Below, one piece after another: positions 23,503-33,435 of a DNA stretch of 50,145 nt. Both the position numbers and the translations under genes were made by a program. Source of the stretch: Opitutia bacterium (lineage in GTDB: Bacteria > Verrucomicrobiota > Verrucomicrobiia > Opitutales > T3Sed10-336); the NCBI GenBank assembly GCA_050506795.1, contig JBJHCF010000041.1:1-50145 (forward strand), given 5' to 3'. Under the pieces are notes generated by a model. That model did not search any database and had not been told where the DNA came from. It was given only the letters and a program-made list of their open reading frames with translations. The stretch's first letter is position 1. Every line of letters starts with the position of its first letter.

Positions 23503-23595
23503 GTTATGTATTTCCCTGAACGGGTTAGTGTTCCATCGGGAACGTTTAAGAGCCAGGCTCCTAACTCGGTTCCTTTGAGAGTGTTATTTCCTGCG

Positions 23596-24108
23596 TTAAG
23601 CGGCTTTTTCTGATTTTGCCTTGAGCACGTTGAGCAACGAAACCGGCGCGGCGGCCAGCACCGTGACCATCCGTTGAGCGGGCGTGTTCAGCAGTCCCAT
23701 TAACTGCGCCTGCAGAATCTCCATCGGCGGAAGTTCCGCCAATTGATCGATCTCTTCCCGGCTGAGCACACGGTCGCCCCAGGCACCTGCTTTAATTTCG
23801 ACCTTATCCTTTTCCTTGAAGAATTTCTTGAGAATTTTGGCCACTCCGGAAGGATTGTCTCCTCCCACCACGATAGCCACCGGGCCCTGAAGGAACTCCC
23901 GCAAGTCCGGCAGATTTCTTTCCTGCGCGGCCACGTTCAGAATACTGTTCTTAACCACATGGAACTCGGCCGCTTCCTGTGCGAGATTTCCGCGGAGGGT
24001 CGAGACCTCCTCCACTGTGATCCGATTGTAATTCGTCAGGAACACGTATTCGGATTTGGCCAAATGGGTCGAGACTTCCTCAACCATGTACTTCTTTTCC
24101 GGTCTCAT
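23596..24108 (-). CDS. rplJ: 50S ribosomal protein L10
   Basis: VVKNSIL, LAELP; position between rplA and rplL. Confidence 0.95.
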   Translation of the reverse strand: MRPEKKYMVEEVSTHLAKSEYVFLTNYNRITVEEVSTLRGNLAQEAAEFHVVKNSILNVAAQERNLPDLREFLQGPVAIVVGGDNPSGVAKILKKFFKEKDKVEIKAGAWGDRVLSREEIDQLAELPPMEILQAQLMGLLNTPAQRMVTVLAAAPVSLLNVLKAKSEKAA

Positions 24109-24122
24109 GTCGTAAATTTCCT

Positions 24123-24815
24123 TTATTGAACGGCCAAAGCAGCCAGATCCAGTTTCACAGAAGGGTTCATCGTTGCCGTAAGCGCGGCGCTGCGAATAAA
24201 TCGTCCTTTCACACTTTCCGGCTTCGCCCTGGTCAAAGAAGCCAACACCGCATTGGCGTTTTCCAGCAGTTGCGCCGACGAGAAAGACCGTTTCCCGACC
24301 ACCACCGCGACGTTCGCGGTTTTGTCCATCTTGAATTCCACCCGACCGGCCTTAACCGCCTTGATGGCGGAGGCGACGTCGTCGGTCACCGTGCCTGATT
24401 TCGGATTGGGCATCAAACCTTTTGGTCCGAGGACACGGGCCACGGTCCGGACCTCCCTCATCGCCTGGGTCGTGGCTATGGCAACGTCGAAATCGAGCCA
24501 CCCCTCCTGAACTTTCTCGATCATGTCCTTCAGCCCGGCGTGATCGGCCCCGGCGGCCAGGGCCGCTTCGGGATCTTCTGAAAACACCAGGACTTTGACC
24601 TCCTTGCCGCTGCCATTGGGCAAAGCCACCGTACCGCGGACCATCTGGTCGCTCTGTCGGGGATCGACCCAGAGGTGCACCGACAACTCGACCGTTTCAT
24701 CGAATTTGACGGGCGGAAATTTGCCCAGGACTTCGATGGCCTGTTCGAGGGAATACTGTTTTCGGAGATCGGCAACCTCGGCGGCCTGCCGGTACCTTTT
24801 GCTTGGTTTTACCAT
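24123..24815 (-). CDS. rplA: 50S ribosomal protein L1
   Basis: KFDETVEL, VRGTVALPNGSG, LGPKGLMPNPKSGTV. Confidence 0.98.
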   Translation of the reverse strand: MVKPSKRYRQAAEVADLRKQYSLEQAIEVLGKFPPVKFDETVELSVHLWVDPRQSDQMVRGTVALPNGSGKEVKVLVFSEDPEAALAAGADHAGLKDMIEKVQEGWLDFDVAIATTQAMREVRTVARVLGPKGLMPNPKSGTVTDDVASAIKAVKAGRVEFKMDKTANVAVVVGKRSFSSAQLLENANAVLASLTRAKPESVKGRFIRSAALTATMNPSVKLDLAALAVQ

Positions 24816-24824
24816 GGATTAAAT

Positions 24825-24852
24825 GCAGTTCAAACGCCCTTCAGGCTCCTGC
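24825..24852 (-). promoter_or_regulatory. Candidate L1 autoregulatory RNA site upstream of rplA
   Basis: GCAGGAGCC-UGAAG-GGCG-UUUGA-ACUGC; resembles the GGAGCC...GGCG...AC L1-binding hairpin with an asymmetric internal loop. Confidence 0.65.
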
Positions 24853-24878
24853 TTCAGTGTTATGTTGTGCGAAAAAAA

Positions 24879-25304
24879 TCAATCGGTTACCTCAATGCCC
24901 ATGCTGCGGGCGGTACCGGCGATAATGGAATAAGCGGCGTCGTCCGAACCGGCGTTCAGGTCCTTGCGCTTGGTTTCGACGATCTCCATGACCTGTTTCC
25001 GGGACACTTTGCCCACCTTATCGCGATTGGGAACCGCCGAACCCTTTGCCAAACCGGCCGCCTTCTTGAGCAGCACCGGCGCCGGCGGAGACTTCAAAAT
25101 GTAGGTGAAAGACTTGTCCGCGTAGACGGTGATCACCACCGGCAGGATCAATCCCGCCTGGTCCTTGGTCTTCGCATTGAAGTCTTTGCAGAAGGCCATA
25201 ATATTGACCCCCTTTGCCCCCAGCGCGGGACCGACCGGCGGCGCCGGGTTGGCAGCGCCCGCAGGCAGCTGTAAACGAATAATTCCTGTTACCTTCTTAG
25301 CCAT
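24879..25304 (-). CDS. rplK: 50S ribosomal protein L11
   Basis: [31 protein letters not shown] at 25304. Confidence 0.98.
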   Translation of the reverse strand: MAKKVTGIIRLQLPAGAANPAPPVGPALGAKGVNIMAFCKDFNAKTKDQAGLILPVVITVYADKSFTYILKSPPAPVLLKKAAGLAKGSAVPNRDKVGKVSRKQVMEIVETKRKDLNAGSDDAAYSIIAGTARSMGIEVTD

Positions 25305-25311
25305 TGCTTTT

Positions 25312-25887
25312 TTAGCTCGCAGCCCTTTCAACCTGCCAATATTCCAGCTCAACCGGCGTGAATCGCCCAAAAATAGATACCGATACTTTCAGCTTACCCC
25401 TGTCAGGGTCAATCTCGTCAATCCTTCCGGTCAAATTGAGGAAAGGTCCGTCAGTGATTTTCACCTCTTCCCCAACCTCGTACTGAACCTTCGGAACCTC
25501 CTTACCCTGGGCGTCATCCACTTGTTTCAGGATGCGCTCGATTTCGGCCTGCCTCAACGGCACCGGGCGGGTTCCTCCCACAAAACTAATCACTCCGGAG
25601 GCCTCCCTCACAAAGTACCAGGCCTTGTTGATCAAGCGGTTATCCTCATCATAGAGGCGCATCTTGATAAAAACATATCCTGGATAAAACTTTCGTACCT
25701 TGTTGCTCTTTTTTCCGTGCTTCACCTCCGAAACGGTTTCGGTGGGCATCAGCACTTCGAAAATATAATCGTCCAGCTCCTCCTGGGACTTGTTTTTCTC
25801 GATATAGGCCTTTACCTGGTTCTCCTTCCCGGAAAGCGTCTGAACCACGTACCAGCCGACTCCACTCTGTGTCGAGGATTCGGTCAT
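25312..25887 (-). CDS. nusG: Transcription factor NusG
   Basis: [36 protein letters not shown]. Confidence 0.97.
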   Translation of the reverse strand: MTESSTQSGVGWYVVQTLSGKENQVKAYIEKNKSQEELDDYIFEVLMPTETVSEVKHGKKSNKVRKFYPGYVFIKMRLYDEDNRLINKAWYFVREASGVISFVGGTRPVPLRQAEIERILKQVDDAQGKEVPKVQYEVGEEVKITDGPFLNLTGRIDEIDPDRGKLKVSVSIFGRFTPVELEYWQVERAAS

Positions 25888-25891
25888 AACG

Positions 25892-26098
25892 TCAGCTTGT
25901 CACCCAACTGGTAAACAGATTGACAATCTGGAAAAGAGAGAAATCGGCAATACTGGTGAAAGCCCCAAGAATTCCGACAGCGATCACCACTACGATGGTC
26001 GAATCCTTCAACTCGGTCCTCGTTGGCCAAGTGGCCCTCTTCAGCTCGATCATTGTCTCGCTGAAAAAGATGCGAATACTGCGAAATGGATTTTTCAT
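25892..26098 (-). CDS. secE: Preprotein translocase SecE
   Basis: ELKRATWPTRTEL plus a single TM helix; lies upstream of nusG. Confidence 0.93.
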   Translation of the reverse strand: MKNPFRSIRIFFSETMIELKRATWPTRTELKDSTIVVVIAVGILGAFTSIADFSLFQIVNLFTSWVTS

Positions 26099-26112
26099 GG
26101 GAAAAACGGGAA

Positions 26113-26188
26113 TGGCAGGACAGGAGGGACTCGAACCCCCAACCGACGGTTTTGGAGACCGCTACTCTACCAATTGAGCTACTGTCCT
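26113..26188 (-). tRNA. tRNA-Trp (CCA)
   Basis: AGGACAG acceptor stem, GCGGT-CT-CCA-AA-ACCGT anticodon arm, GGTTCGAGTCC T-arm, encoded CCA end. Confidence 0.97.
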
Positions 26189-26248
26189 ACTCTCCAAGGA
26201 TAAAGACTATCCCGTTTGGGTGGCCCGGGTCAAATAGACGTAACGATT

Positions 26249-27439
26249 TTACTCCACAATTTCGGTTACCCGGCCGGCCCCGATCGTACGTCCGCCCTCA
26301 CGAATAGCAAAACGCTGCCCTCGTTCCATGGCGATCGGGTTGATCAGCTCGATGTTCACATTGATGTTGTCGCCGGGCATGATCATTTCCACCCCTTCAG
26401 GGAGTTGAACCGTGCCGGTCACGTCGGTGGTACGGAAGTAGAACTGCGGCCGGTAACCGTTGAAGAACGGCGTGTGACGCCCGCCCTCTTCCTTGCTCAA
26501 AACGTAAACCTCGGCCTTGGCCTTCCGGTGAGGCGTGATCGACTTGGGAGCTGCCAGCACCTGACCGCGCTCGATATCGGTTTTTTCAACCCCGCGGAGA
26601 AGCACGCCGACATTGTCACCGGCCTGCCCTTGATCCAGCATCTTGCGGAACATTTCCACTCCGGTCACCACGGTGGTGCGGGTGTCGCCCAGACCGACGA
26701 TTTCCACGTTGTCGCCGACCTTGACAATGCCGCGCTCGATACGGCCGGTTGCCACTGTTCCACGGCCGGTGATGGAGAAAACGTCCTCCACCGACATCAG
26801 GAAGGGCTTGTCGATTTCACGCTCGGGTTCGGCAATGTCATTATCGATGGCGTCCATCAACGCCTGGATCGCGGCTTTGCCCTCATCCTTGCCTTCGAGG
26901 GCGGCCAGAGCCGAGCCCCGCACGATGCTGATGTTATCACCGTCGAAATCGTACTTGGACAGCAGTTCACGGATCTCCATTTCCACCAGATCCAGAAGCT
27001 CCTCATCATCAATAAGATCCACCTTATTGAGGAAAACCACGATATTGGGAACGCCGACCTGACGGGCGAGAAGGATGTGCTCCCGAGTCTGGGGCATCGG
27101 TCCGTCCGCGGCGCTGACGACCAGGATGGCGCCATCCATCTGGGCCGCACCGGTAATCATGTTTTTCACGAAATCCGCGTGCCCCGGGCAATCGACGTGG
27201 GCGTAGTGACGATTGTCCGTCTCGTACTCGACGTGGGAAACCGCGATGGTGACGATCTTGGAAGCGTCACGCACGGTTCCACCCTTGGCGATGTCCGAGT
27301 AGGATTTGACCTCGGCATACCCCTTCTGGGACTGCACCTGCAGAATGCTGGCGGTCAGCGTGGTTTTACCGTGGTCGACGTGACCGATCGTGCCGACGTT
27401 AACGTGCGGTTTGGTTCTTTCGAATGTTCCTTTAGCCAT
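26249..27439 (-). CDS. tuf: Elongation factor Tu
   Basis: [33 protein letters not shown]. Confidence 0.99.
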   Translation of the reverse strand: MAKGTFERTKPHVNVGTIGHVDHGKTTLTASILQVQSQKGYAEVKSYSDIAKGGTVRDASKIVTIAVSHVEYETDNRHYAHVDCPGHADFVKNMITGAAQMDGAILVVSAADGPMPQTREHILLARQVGVPNIVVFLNKVDLIDDEELLDLVEMEIRELLSKYDFDGDNISIVRGSALAALEGKDEGKAAIQALMDAIDNDIAEPEREIDKPFLMSVEDVFSITGRGTVATGRIERGIVKVGDNVEIVGLGDTRTTVVTGVEMFRKMLDQGQAGDNVGVLLRGVEKTDIERGQVLAAPKSITPHRKAKAEVYVLSKEEGGRHTPFFNGYRPQFYFRTTDVTGTVQLPEGVEMIMPGDNINVNIELINPIAMERGQRFAIREGGRTIGAGRVTEIVE

Positions 27440-27497
27440 CTAAGTGTGTCGTTGAGTGTTTGCTTTTGCGAAAAGCGGTTTGCGGCAAGGATTTCGG

Positions 27498-27570
<73 letters not shown>

Positions 27571-27619
27571 GACCCCCGAAACGCCTCTACCGAGCGCGTC
27601 CCAATACAGGAAAAGGGAG

Positions 27620-27648
27620 AATCTGAAAAAAACGCCGATTAGCGTCAA
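27620..27648 (-). promoter_or_regulatory. Putative promoter of the tRNA-Thr/tuf operon
   Basis: TTGACG-N17-CAGATT with an A/T-rich stretch upstream. Confidence 0.45.
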
Positions 27649-27719
27649 CTCTTTTTACCGTAAATTTTTGCCTTTTTCCGGCTCGACCGGAACATCGGCA
27701 GGGAACGACGAATTCGGTT

Positions 27720-28967
27720 TCATCCGCCCATGTTGTCGATCACCGAATCCCCGAAAGTCGAGCATTTGACCTCCTTTGCGCCATCGATCATCCGCGCGAG
27801 GTCATACGTGACCACCTTTCGCTCCAGGGTCTTCTCCAGTCCCTGGATCAGGATATCGGCCGCCTCATTCCAACCCAGATGGCGCAGCATCATCTCACCG
27901 GAGAGGATTACCGAGCCGGGGTTAACTTTATCCTGGCCGGCATATTTCGGTGCCGTGCCGTGGGTGGCCTCAAAAATGGCATGGCCCGATTCATAGTTGA
28001 TATTCCCTCCGGGGGCGATTCCGATCCCCCCCACCTGTGCCGCCAGGGCATCGGAAATATAGTCCCCGTTCAGGTTCAGCGTTGCGATGACGTCATACTC
28101 GCCCGGACGCATCAGGATCTGCTGGAGGAAGGCGTCGGCGATCACATCCTTCACAATCAAACCGTCTGGAAGCCGGCACCAGGGCCCTCCATCGATTTCC
28201 TCCGCGTTGAACTCCGACTTGGCCACTTCGTAACCCCAGTCGCGAAACGCGCCTTCGGTGAACTTCATGATATTCCCCTTGTGCACCAGGGTCACACTTT
28301 CCCGCCCCTGCTCCCGGGCGTACTTGATCGCCGCCCGGACGTGACGGGCCGTTCCCTCCCGGGAAACCGGCTTGATTCCAAATCCGGACGAGTCCGGGAA
28401 ACGAACCTTTTTAAACAGCTCAGGGTGTTTCTCCCGCAGAAACGTCTTAAGGGATTCCGCCCCGTCGGTTCCCGCCTTGAATTCGATGCCGGCATAAATA
28501 TCCTCGGTATTTTCGCGGAAGATCACCATGTCGACTTCCTCCGGACGCTTCAGCGGTGTCTGAATCCCATTGAAATAGCGAACCGGCCGCAGACAGGTAA
28601 AGAGGTCGAGTTCCTGGCGCAGCGCCACATTCAGCGAACGGATCCCTTCACCCACCGGTGTGGTCAACGGCCCCTTGATTCCGACTCGGTAATCGCGAAA
28701 GGCGGTCAACGTGTCCGCGGGAAGCCACTCGCCGGTTTCCTTCTTGGCTTTTTCGCCGGCATAAACCTCGAACCAGGTGATTTCGCGCGATCCTCCATAG
28801 GCTTTTTCGACCGCTGCATCCAGTACGCGTTTGGCGGCGGCCCAGATATCCGGACCGATTCCGTCGCCCTCGATAAAGGGAATAACGGGACGGTCGGGAA
28901 CCGTGATTTCGCCTCCGCCGAAGCTGATCTTATCGCCTTGTGGTGGTGTCAGTTGTTTGTAGGACAT
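27720..28967 (-). CDS. icd: NADP-dependent isocitrate dehydrogenase
   Basis: [51 protein letters not shown]. Confidence 0.97.
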   Translation of the reverse strand: MSYKQLTPPQGDKISFGGGEITVPDRPVIPFIEGDGIGPDIWAAAKRVLDAAVEKAYGGSREITWFEVYAGEKAKKETGEWLPADTLTAFRDYRVGIKGPLTTPVGEGIRSLNVALRQELDLFTCLRPVRYFNGIQTPLKRPEEVDMVIFRENTEDIYAGIEFKAGTDGAESLKTFLREKHPELFKKVRFPDSSGFGIKPVSREGTARHVRAAIKYAREQGRESVTLVHKGNIMKFTEGAFRDWGYEVAKSEFNAEEIDGGPWCRLPDGLIVKDVIADAFLQQILMRPGEYDVIATLNLNGDYISDALAAQVGGIGIAPGGNINYESGHAIFEATHGTAPKYAGQDKVNPGSVILSGEMMLRHLGWNEAADILIQGLEKTLERKVVTYDLARMIDGAKEVKCSTFGDSVIDNMGG

Positions 28968-29025
28968 GAGTCGGTAGTACGTTTAAAAAATCAGTGTTAC
29001 GCCGGTCGCCTTCCGGATCGGGCGT

Positions 29026-30222
29026 TCAAATCAAGGATGCGCAGAAACGTTTCAGGCGTTCAACGCCTTTTTCAATAACCTCATCGGCCACCGCATAACT
29101 CAACCGCACATACCCCTCGGTCCCAAAAGCCATTCCCGGTACAACCGCCACTTTCTCCTTCTCCAGCAGAGAAGCGGCAAAGTCACTGGAGGAAAGACCG
29201 CATTCCGAAATCCGGGGAAAAAGGTAAAAGGCTCCTTGCGCCAGCAGGCAGCTAAGGCCGCGAACCTCGCTGAGACCGTCGTGCAAGCGACGCCGGCGGC
29301 GGTCAAAAACGTTCAACATGGACCGCACTGCTTCGTCCGACGCCTTTTGCTCACGCAAAGCGGCCAACGCCCCGTACTGTGCGAACGTCGTGGCGTTCGA
29401 CGTGGTCTGACTCTGCAGGTCGGCAACGGCGCGCGCGACCTCAGGCGGCGCCGCCATGGTCCCAAGGCGCCACCCGGTCATGGAAAACGTCTTGCTAAAC
29501 CCGGAGACTGTAATGACCGAACGCGCGGCCTCCTTGCCGAATGACGCCGGGCTATGATGTTCGGCGTCGTCGTAAACCAATCGCTCGTAGATCTCGTCGG
29601 AGAGAACGTAAAGGCCGTTCCTTATGGCGACCTCCACGATCTTCTCCAACACCGCCCGCGGATAGAGCGCTCCTGTCGGATTGGAAGGACTGTTTAGAAT
29701 CAGCAGGCGGGTACGCGGTGTGATCGCCGCCTCCACCTGCTCCGCCGAAACCCGAAATCCGGCGGCGTCGTCCGACCCAAGAAACACTGGTTTGGCCCCG
29801 GCCAGTTTCACCATCTCCGGATAGCTCACCCAGTACGGCGCCGGCACCAAAACTTCGTCGCCCGGGCTGCACACGGCGAGAATCGCCAGGTAACAGGAAA
29901 ATTTCCCCCCCGGACTCACGATCACCTGGGAGGGTTCAATCCGTTCAATTCCATTGACCGTCGTCCAGCGATCGGCAAGCGCCCGTCGCAATTCCGGTAT
30001 CCCGGCCGCAGGAGCGTACTTGGTCTTCCCGTCACGCAGGGCCTGAATAGCGGCCTCTTTGATGAACTCCGGCGTGTCAAAGTCCGGCTCCCCCGCGCCG
30101 AATCCGCACACGTCTTCGCCCGCGCTTTTCAGCGCCTTGGCTTTGGCATCCACCGCAAGGGTGGGCGAAGGAGAAATGTTCTCCGCCCAGGTTGAGAGTT
30201 TCGCTTCGAAGTGGTCAGACAT
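29026..30222 (-). CDS. PLP-dependent class I aminotransferase (aspartate aminotransferase-like)
   Basis: [34 protein letters not shown]. Confidence 0.92.
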   Translation of the reverse strand: MSDHFEAKLSTWAENISPSPTLAVDAKAKALKSAGEDVCGFGAGEPDFDTPEFIKEAAIQALRDGKTKYAPAAGIPELRRALADRWTTVNGIERIEPSQVIVSPGGKFSCYLAILAVCSPGDEVLVPAPYWVSYPEMVKLAGAKPVFLGSDDAAGFRVSAEQVEAAITPRTRLLILNSPSNPTGALYPRAVLEKIVEVAIRNGLYVLSDEIYERLVYDDAEHHSPASFGKEAARSVITVSGFSKTFSMTGWRLGTMAAPPEVARAVADLQSQTTSNATTFAQYGALAALREQKASDEAVRSMLNVFDRRRRRLHDGLSEVRGLSCLLAQGAFYLFPRISECGLSSSDFAASLLEKEKVAVVPGMAFGTEGYVRLSYAVADEVIEKGVERLKRFCASLI

Positions 30223-30343
30223 GACTGAAGAAGTGGAAAACAGTCACTCGTACGCGACCCTCGCGGGCGAATCAAGCCTTTGTTTGACCGAGGAAGACGC
30301 CCGCGGACCAATCATCGAAGATCGTCGCATGCGGAAACAGGAA

Positions 30344-30376
30344 CAGCGTTCCCATCAGAATATGACAGGAACGCTG
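30344..30376 (-). terminator. Possible terminator after the RHH/H1-like gene
   Basis: 9-bp stem CAGCGTTCC/GGAACGCTG followed on the minus strand by TTCCTGTTT. Confidence 0.45.
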
Positions 30377-30529
30377 CGCCGATTTCAGTTTCTTCAAACC
30401 AGTCCAGTTAGAGAAGCCGGACGGGGCGTCCATTCGGGAGAGAAGATCGCGATGGACAATGGCACACTCCGGGAAATCGATTGATCGACGTTCCAGAGTC
30501 TGCGACTTCAAATTAAAGTTCGAGTCGTA

Positions 30530-31183
30530 CTATTTTTTCTTGGCCGCCTTCTTTTTGGGTTTCGCTTTCTTGGCTGCGGATTTTTTTGTCGCAGATTTCT
30601 TTTTCGCGGTTTTCTTGGCTGCGGATTTTCTGGCCGCTGTTTTCTTAACCGCTTTCTTCGTGGCCTTTTTCGCGGCACCCTTCTTGGCCGCCGCCTTTTT
30701 CTTCACCACCCGCTTGGCTTTCTTCACCGCCTTTTTGGCAGCCCGCGCCACCTTCTTGGCAACCCGAGCCACAGTCTTCCGGGCGGTTTTCTTTTTCGCG
30801 GTTTTCTTTTTCGCGGTTTTCTTCCTCGCTTGCTTTTTCACCATGTTTCCTTTCTTTACGGTTTTAGATCCACCCGCGCTAACGGGCGGCTCTGAAAGTC
30901 CCTCCAACGCAGCGCGGAGCAACTCCCCGACACTGGTTTTTTTCTGCCGGGCAATCCGCAGCAACTCCTGTTTCCTGGCGGAATCAATCCTCACCGAGAT
31001 TTGCCGATGCGCCTTATCGTCACTCCGGTAACCGGAGAAATCAAACTGCTGTATGGCGTTTCTGATTACCTCGCTATTCGAGGCATAACCCGCCTTCTCG
31101 CGATAATCATCAACCTTCTTCAAGAGGCTTTCGCTCAAGTCGAAAGTAAGCGGTGCGCGGACCTTGGAACTTTTTGTGGGCAT
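30530..31183 (-). CDS. Tandem ribbon-helix-helix DNA-binding protein with a Lys/Ala-rich histone H1-like tail
   Basis: LTFDLSESLLKKVD...SNSEVIRNAI and QISVRIDSARKQEL...SVGELLRAAL, then ~100 aa of KKTA/KKAA repeats. Confidence 0.8.
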   Translation of the reverse strand: MPTKSSKVRAPLTFDLSESLLKKVDDYREKAGYASNSEVIRNAIQQFDFSGYRSDDKAHRQISVRIDSARKQELLRIARQKKTSVGELLRAALEGLSEPPVSAGGSKTVKKGNMVKKQARKKTAKKKTAKKKTARKTVARVAKKVARAAKKAVKKAKRVVKKKAAAKKGAAKKATKKAVKKTAARKSAAKKTAKKKSATKKSAAKKAKPKKKAAKKK

Positions 31184-31536
31184 AATATTTGATCGCTGAG
31201 GTTAAACCTTTTCTCGGATTTCTTCTGACATCGCCATTCAAAGAAACTCTAAGTATTGAAAATTAAATACGTCCGATACTTTTTTCAATATAAAATTTAT
31301 AAGAAAATTTCATGCTGACGATGACCATGCCCACATCCCGATGCGCATTCAGGAACGCAATCAGACATCTGAATACATGCCGGCACGAACCCAACCCAAC
31401 CGAAGTCACGGAACCACTTCCGGAAGGCGGGATCCGCCTGAAAAAAGAAGGTTGCCCAATTCCCGTTTCTTCGCTGAATCTCTACTTCATTTCCGAACCT
31501 TCACGAATCGACGCTCGCCCAACCTGAATTAAAATC

Positions 31537-32667
31537 ATGGCCACCGTTACGCTTGAAAAACTCGCCAAAGTTTATCCCGGCGGCAAAGACGCCGACGTAC
31601 GCGCTGTCAACAGCGTCGACCTGACGATCAACGACCGGGAGTTCATGGTTCTGGTCGGCCCGTCCGGATGCGGCAAATCAACCATCCTCCGCATGATCGC
31701 GGGTCTGGAAGACATCTCCGAGGGCACGGTTTCCATCGACGGCAAGGTGGTCAACGACGTCCTTCCCAAGAACCGGGACATCGCAATGGTCTTCCAGAAC
31801 TACGCCCTTTACCCCCACATGACGGTGTTCGACAACATGGCATTCGGGCTGAAGCTCAGGAAATTTCCCAAAGACGAAATCAACAAACGCGTCAACGAAG
31901 CCGCCGCCATTCTGGGTATCGGCGCCCTCCTCCATCGCAAACCGAAAGCCCTGTCCGGCGGGCAGCGGCAGCGTGTCGCGGTCGGCCGGGCCATCGTTCG
32001 CCACCCGAAGGTGTTTCTCCTGGACGAGCCGCTTTCCAATCTCGACGCCAAGATGCGTGTTTCCATGCGCACTGAGATTTCGAAGCTGCATGCCAGGTTG
32101 GCCGCGACGATGATCTACGTCACCCACGACCAAACCGAAGCGATGACCATGGGTGATCGTATCACGGTCATGAAGGATGCCAACATCATGCAGGTCGCCA
32201 AGCCGCTCGAACTTTACAACCACCCGGAGAACGTTTTCGTGGCCAGCTTCATCGGGAGTCCTCCGATGAACCTGTTCAAGGGCACCCTCAAACGGGAGGG
32301 AAACAACGTGCTCTTCGTCGAGGACAATTCCAGCGAGACCCGCCTCGTCGTGCACTTGGACGACAACCTGGCACGCAAGGGAGCATCCCATATCAACAAA
32401 CCGGTTACCTTCGGCATCCGGCCCGAGGATATCAACGATACCTTGACGGTCGCCTCTCCGGATCCACGGTACACCGTCGATGCCCGCGTAGAGATCTCCG
32501 AGCCTATGGGCTCCGAGACCTACCTCTACCTCGATTCCGGTGCCAACTCCTTTATTGCCCGCGTACGCAGCACCGACCGATTCGAGATCAACAGCCGCAT
32601 CAAGGTCACGTTCGCTATGGAACGGGCGCACCTTTTCGACGTCGAAACGGAAAATGTTCTCAAATAG
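31537..32667 (+). CDS. Carbohydrate ABC ATPase (MalK/UgpC/MsmX family)
   Basis: GPSGCGKS, VFQNYALYPHM, LSGGQRQR, LDEPLSNLDAK, C-terminal TOBE region (GIRPED). Confidence 0.93.
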   Translation: MATVTLEKLAKVYPGGKDADVRAVNSVDLTINDREFMVLVGPSGCGKSTILRMIAGLEDISEGTVSIDGKVVNDVLPKNRDIAMVFQNYALYPHMTVFDNMAFGLKLRKFPKDEINKRVNEAAAILGIGALLHRKPKALSGGQRQRVAVGRAIVRHPKVFLLDEPLSNLDAKMRVSMRTEISKLHARLAATMIYVTHDQTEAMTMGDRITVMKDANIMQVAKPLELYNHPENVFVASFIGSPPMNLFKGTLKREGNNVLFVEDNSSETRLVVHLDDNLARKGASHINKPVTFGIRPEDINDTLTVASPDPRYTVDARVEISEPMGSETYLYLDSGANSFIARVRSTDRFEINSRIKVTFAMERAHLFDVETENVLK

Positions 32668-32703
32668 ACGTTCTTCGCCAGAACTGGGGAGCCGGCGGAA
32701 AAA

Positions 32704-33435
32704 CTAATCAAAGCGTGAGGCCGCCGTTTCAGTCAGCACCCTGGCGGAAATAATGTCATAGGCCTGCCGCGGAGTTTCCACCCATTCGCGGGAAAGTCCC
32801 TTGATATGATCGGAAAGGTTCCTCCCGTTACGGATCAGGAGCGTGGAAACCCCCACCGAGAACCCGGCCAGGACATCCACATCGGCATCACCCACAAACA
32901 CCACCTCGGAACTCGCCAGGGATAATTCGCCCAGAATGTAATTCAACCCTTCCGGATCGGGCTTGTGAGTCGCGAAGTCGTCGCCGCATACCACCAACTG
33001 GAAGTACGGCCACCAGTTATTGGCTTTGAGGATCTCCGAGGTCGTTTCCCGGTCGCGTCCGGTCCAAAGAGCCACTTTGGTCTTCGAGCGAAGCAGCTGA
33101 TCGAGGAGCGCTTCGGCTCCCTCAAAAGGCACCACCGTGTCCTTGTGTTCGCGGTGGTGGTCGATCAGCCGATCCATTGCTTCGGGCACAAACCGGTCTT
33201 CTCCCAAAAGGTTGCGCAGACACACATCAGGCGGACCGCCAAGGCGCGCCACGACTTCGTCCGCGCTCGGATTGACCCCGAAAGCTTTGACCGCATACCG
33301 AAATCCGGCCACCACCATGGGCATGCTGTTGATGAGAGTTCCGTCGAGATCGAATATAACGCCAAGTTTTTTCTGCCGCGTTAGCATAACAAACAAAAAT
33401 ACCTTTCGCCTGCCCCGGGGGGTCGGCGATTCCAT
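32704..33435 (-). CDS. HAD-family phosphatase (phosphoglycolate phosphatase-like)
   Basis: IFDLDGTL, KPDPEG, VGDADVD; start 33435 (TAATG coupling) or 33387. Confidence 0.87.
   Translation of the reverse strand: MESPTPRGRRKVFLFVMLTRQKKLGVIFDLDGTLINSMPMVVAGFRYAVKAFGVNPSADEVVARLGGPPDVCLRNLLGEDRFVPEAMDRLIDHHREHKDTVVPFEGAEALLDQLLRSKTKVALWTGRDRETTSEILKANNWWPYFQLVVCGDDFATHKPDPEGLNYILGELSLASSEVVFVGDADVDVLAGFSVGVSTLLIRNGRNLSDHIKGLSREWVETPRQAYDIISARVLTETAASRFD

Noticed and set aside
27495..27497. tRNA-Thr ends in CCG rather than CCA
   Set aside because: Common in bacteria, where CCA is added enzymatically; no sign of an integration scar
30459..31031. 190-aa Phe/Ala-rich membrane-looking ORF
   Set aside because: It is the reverse complement of the Lys/Ala-rich tail of the RHH-H1 gene
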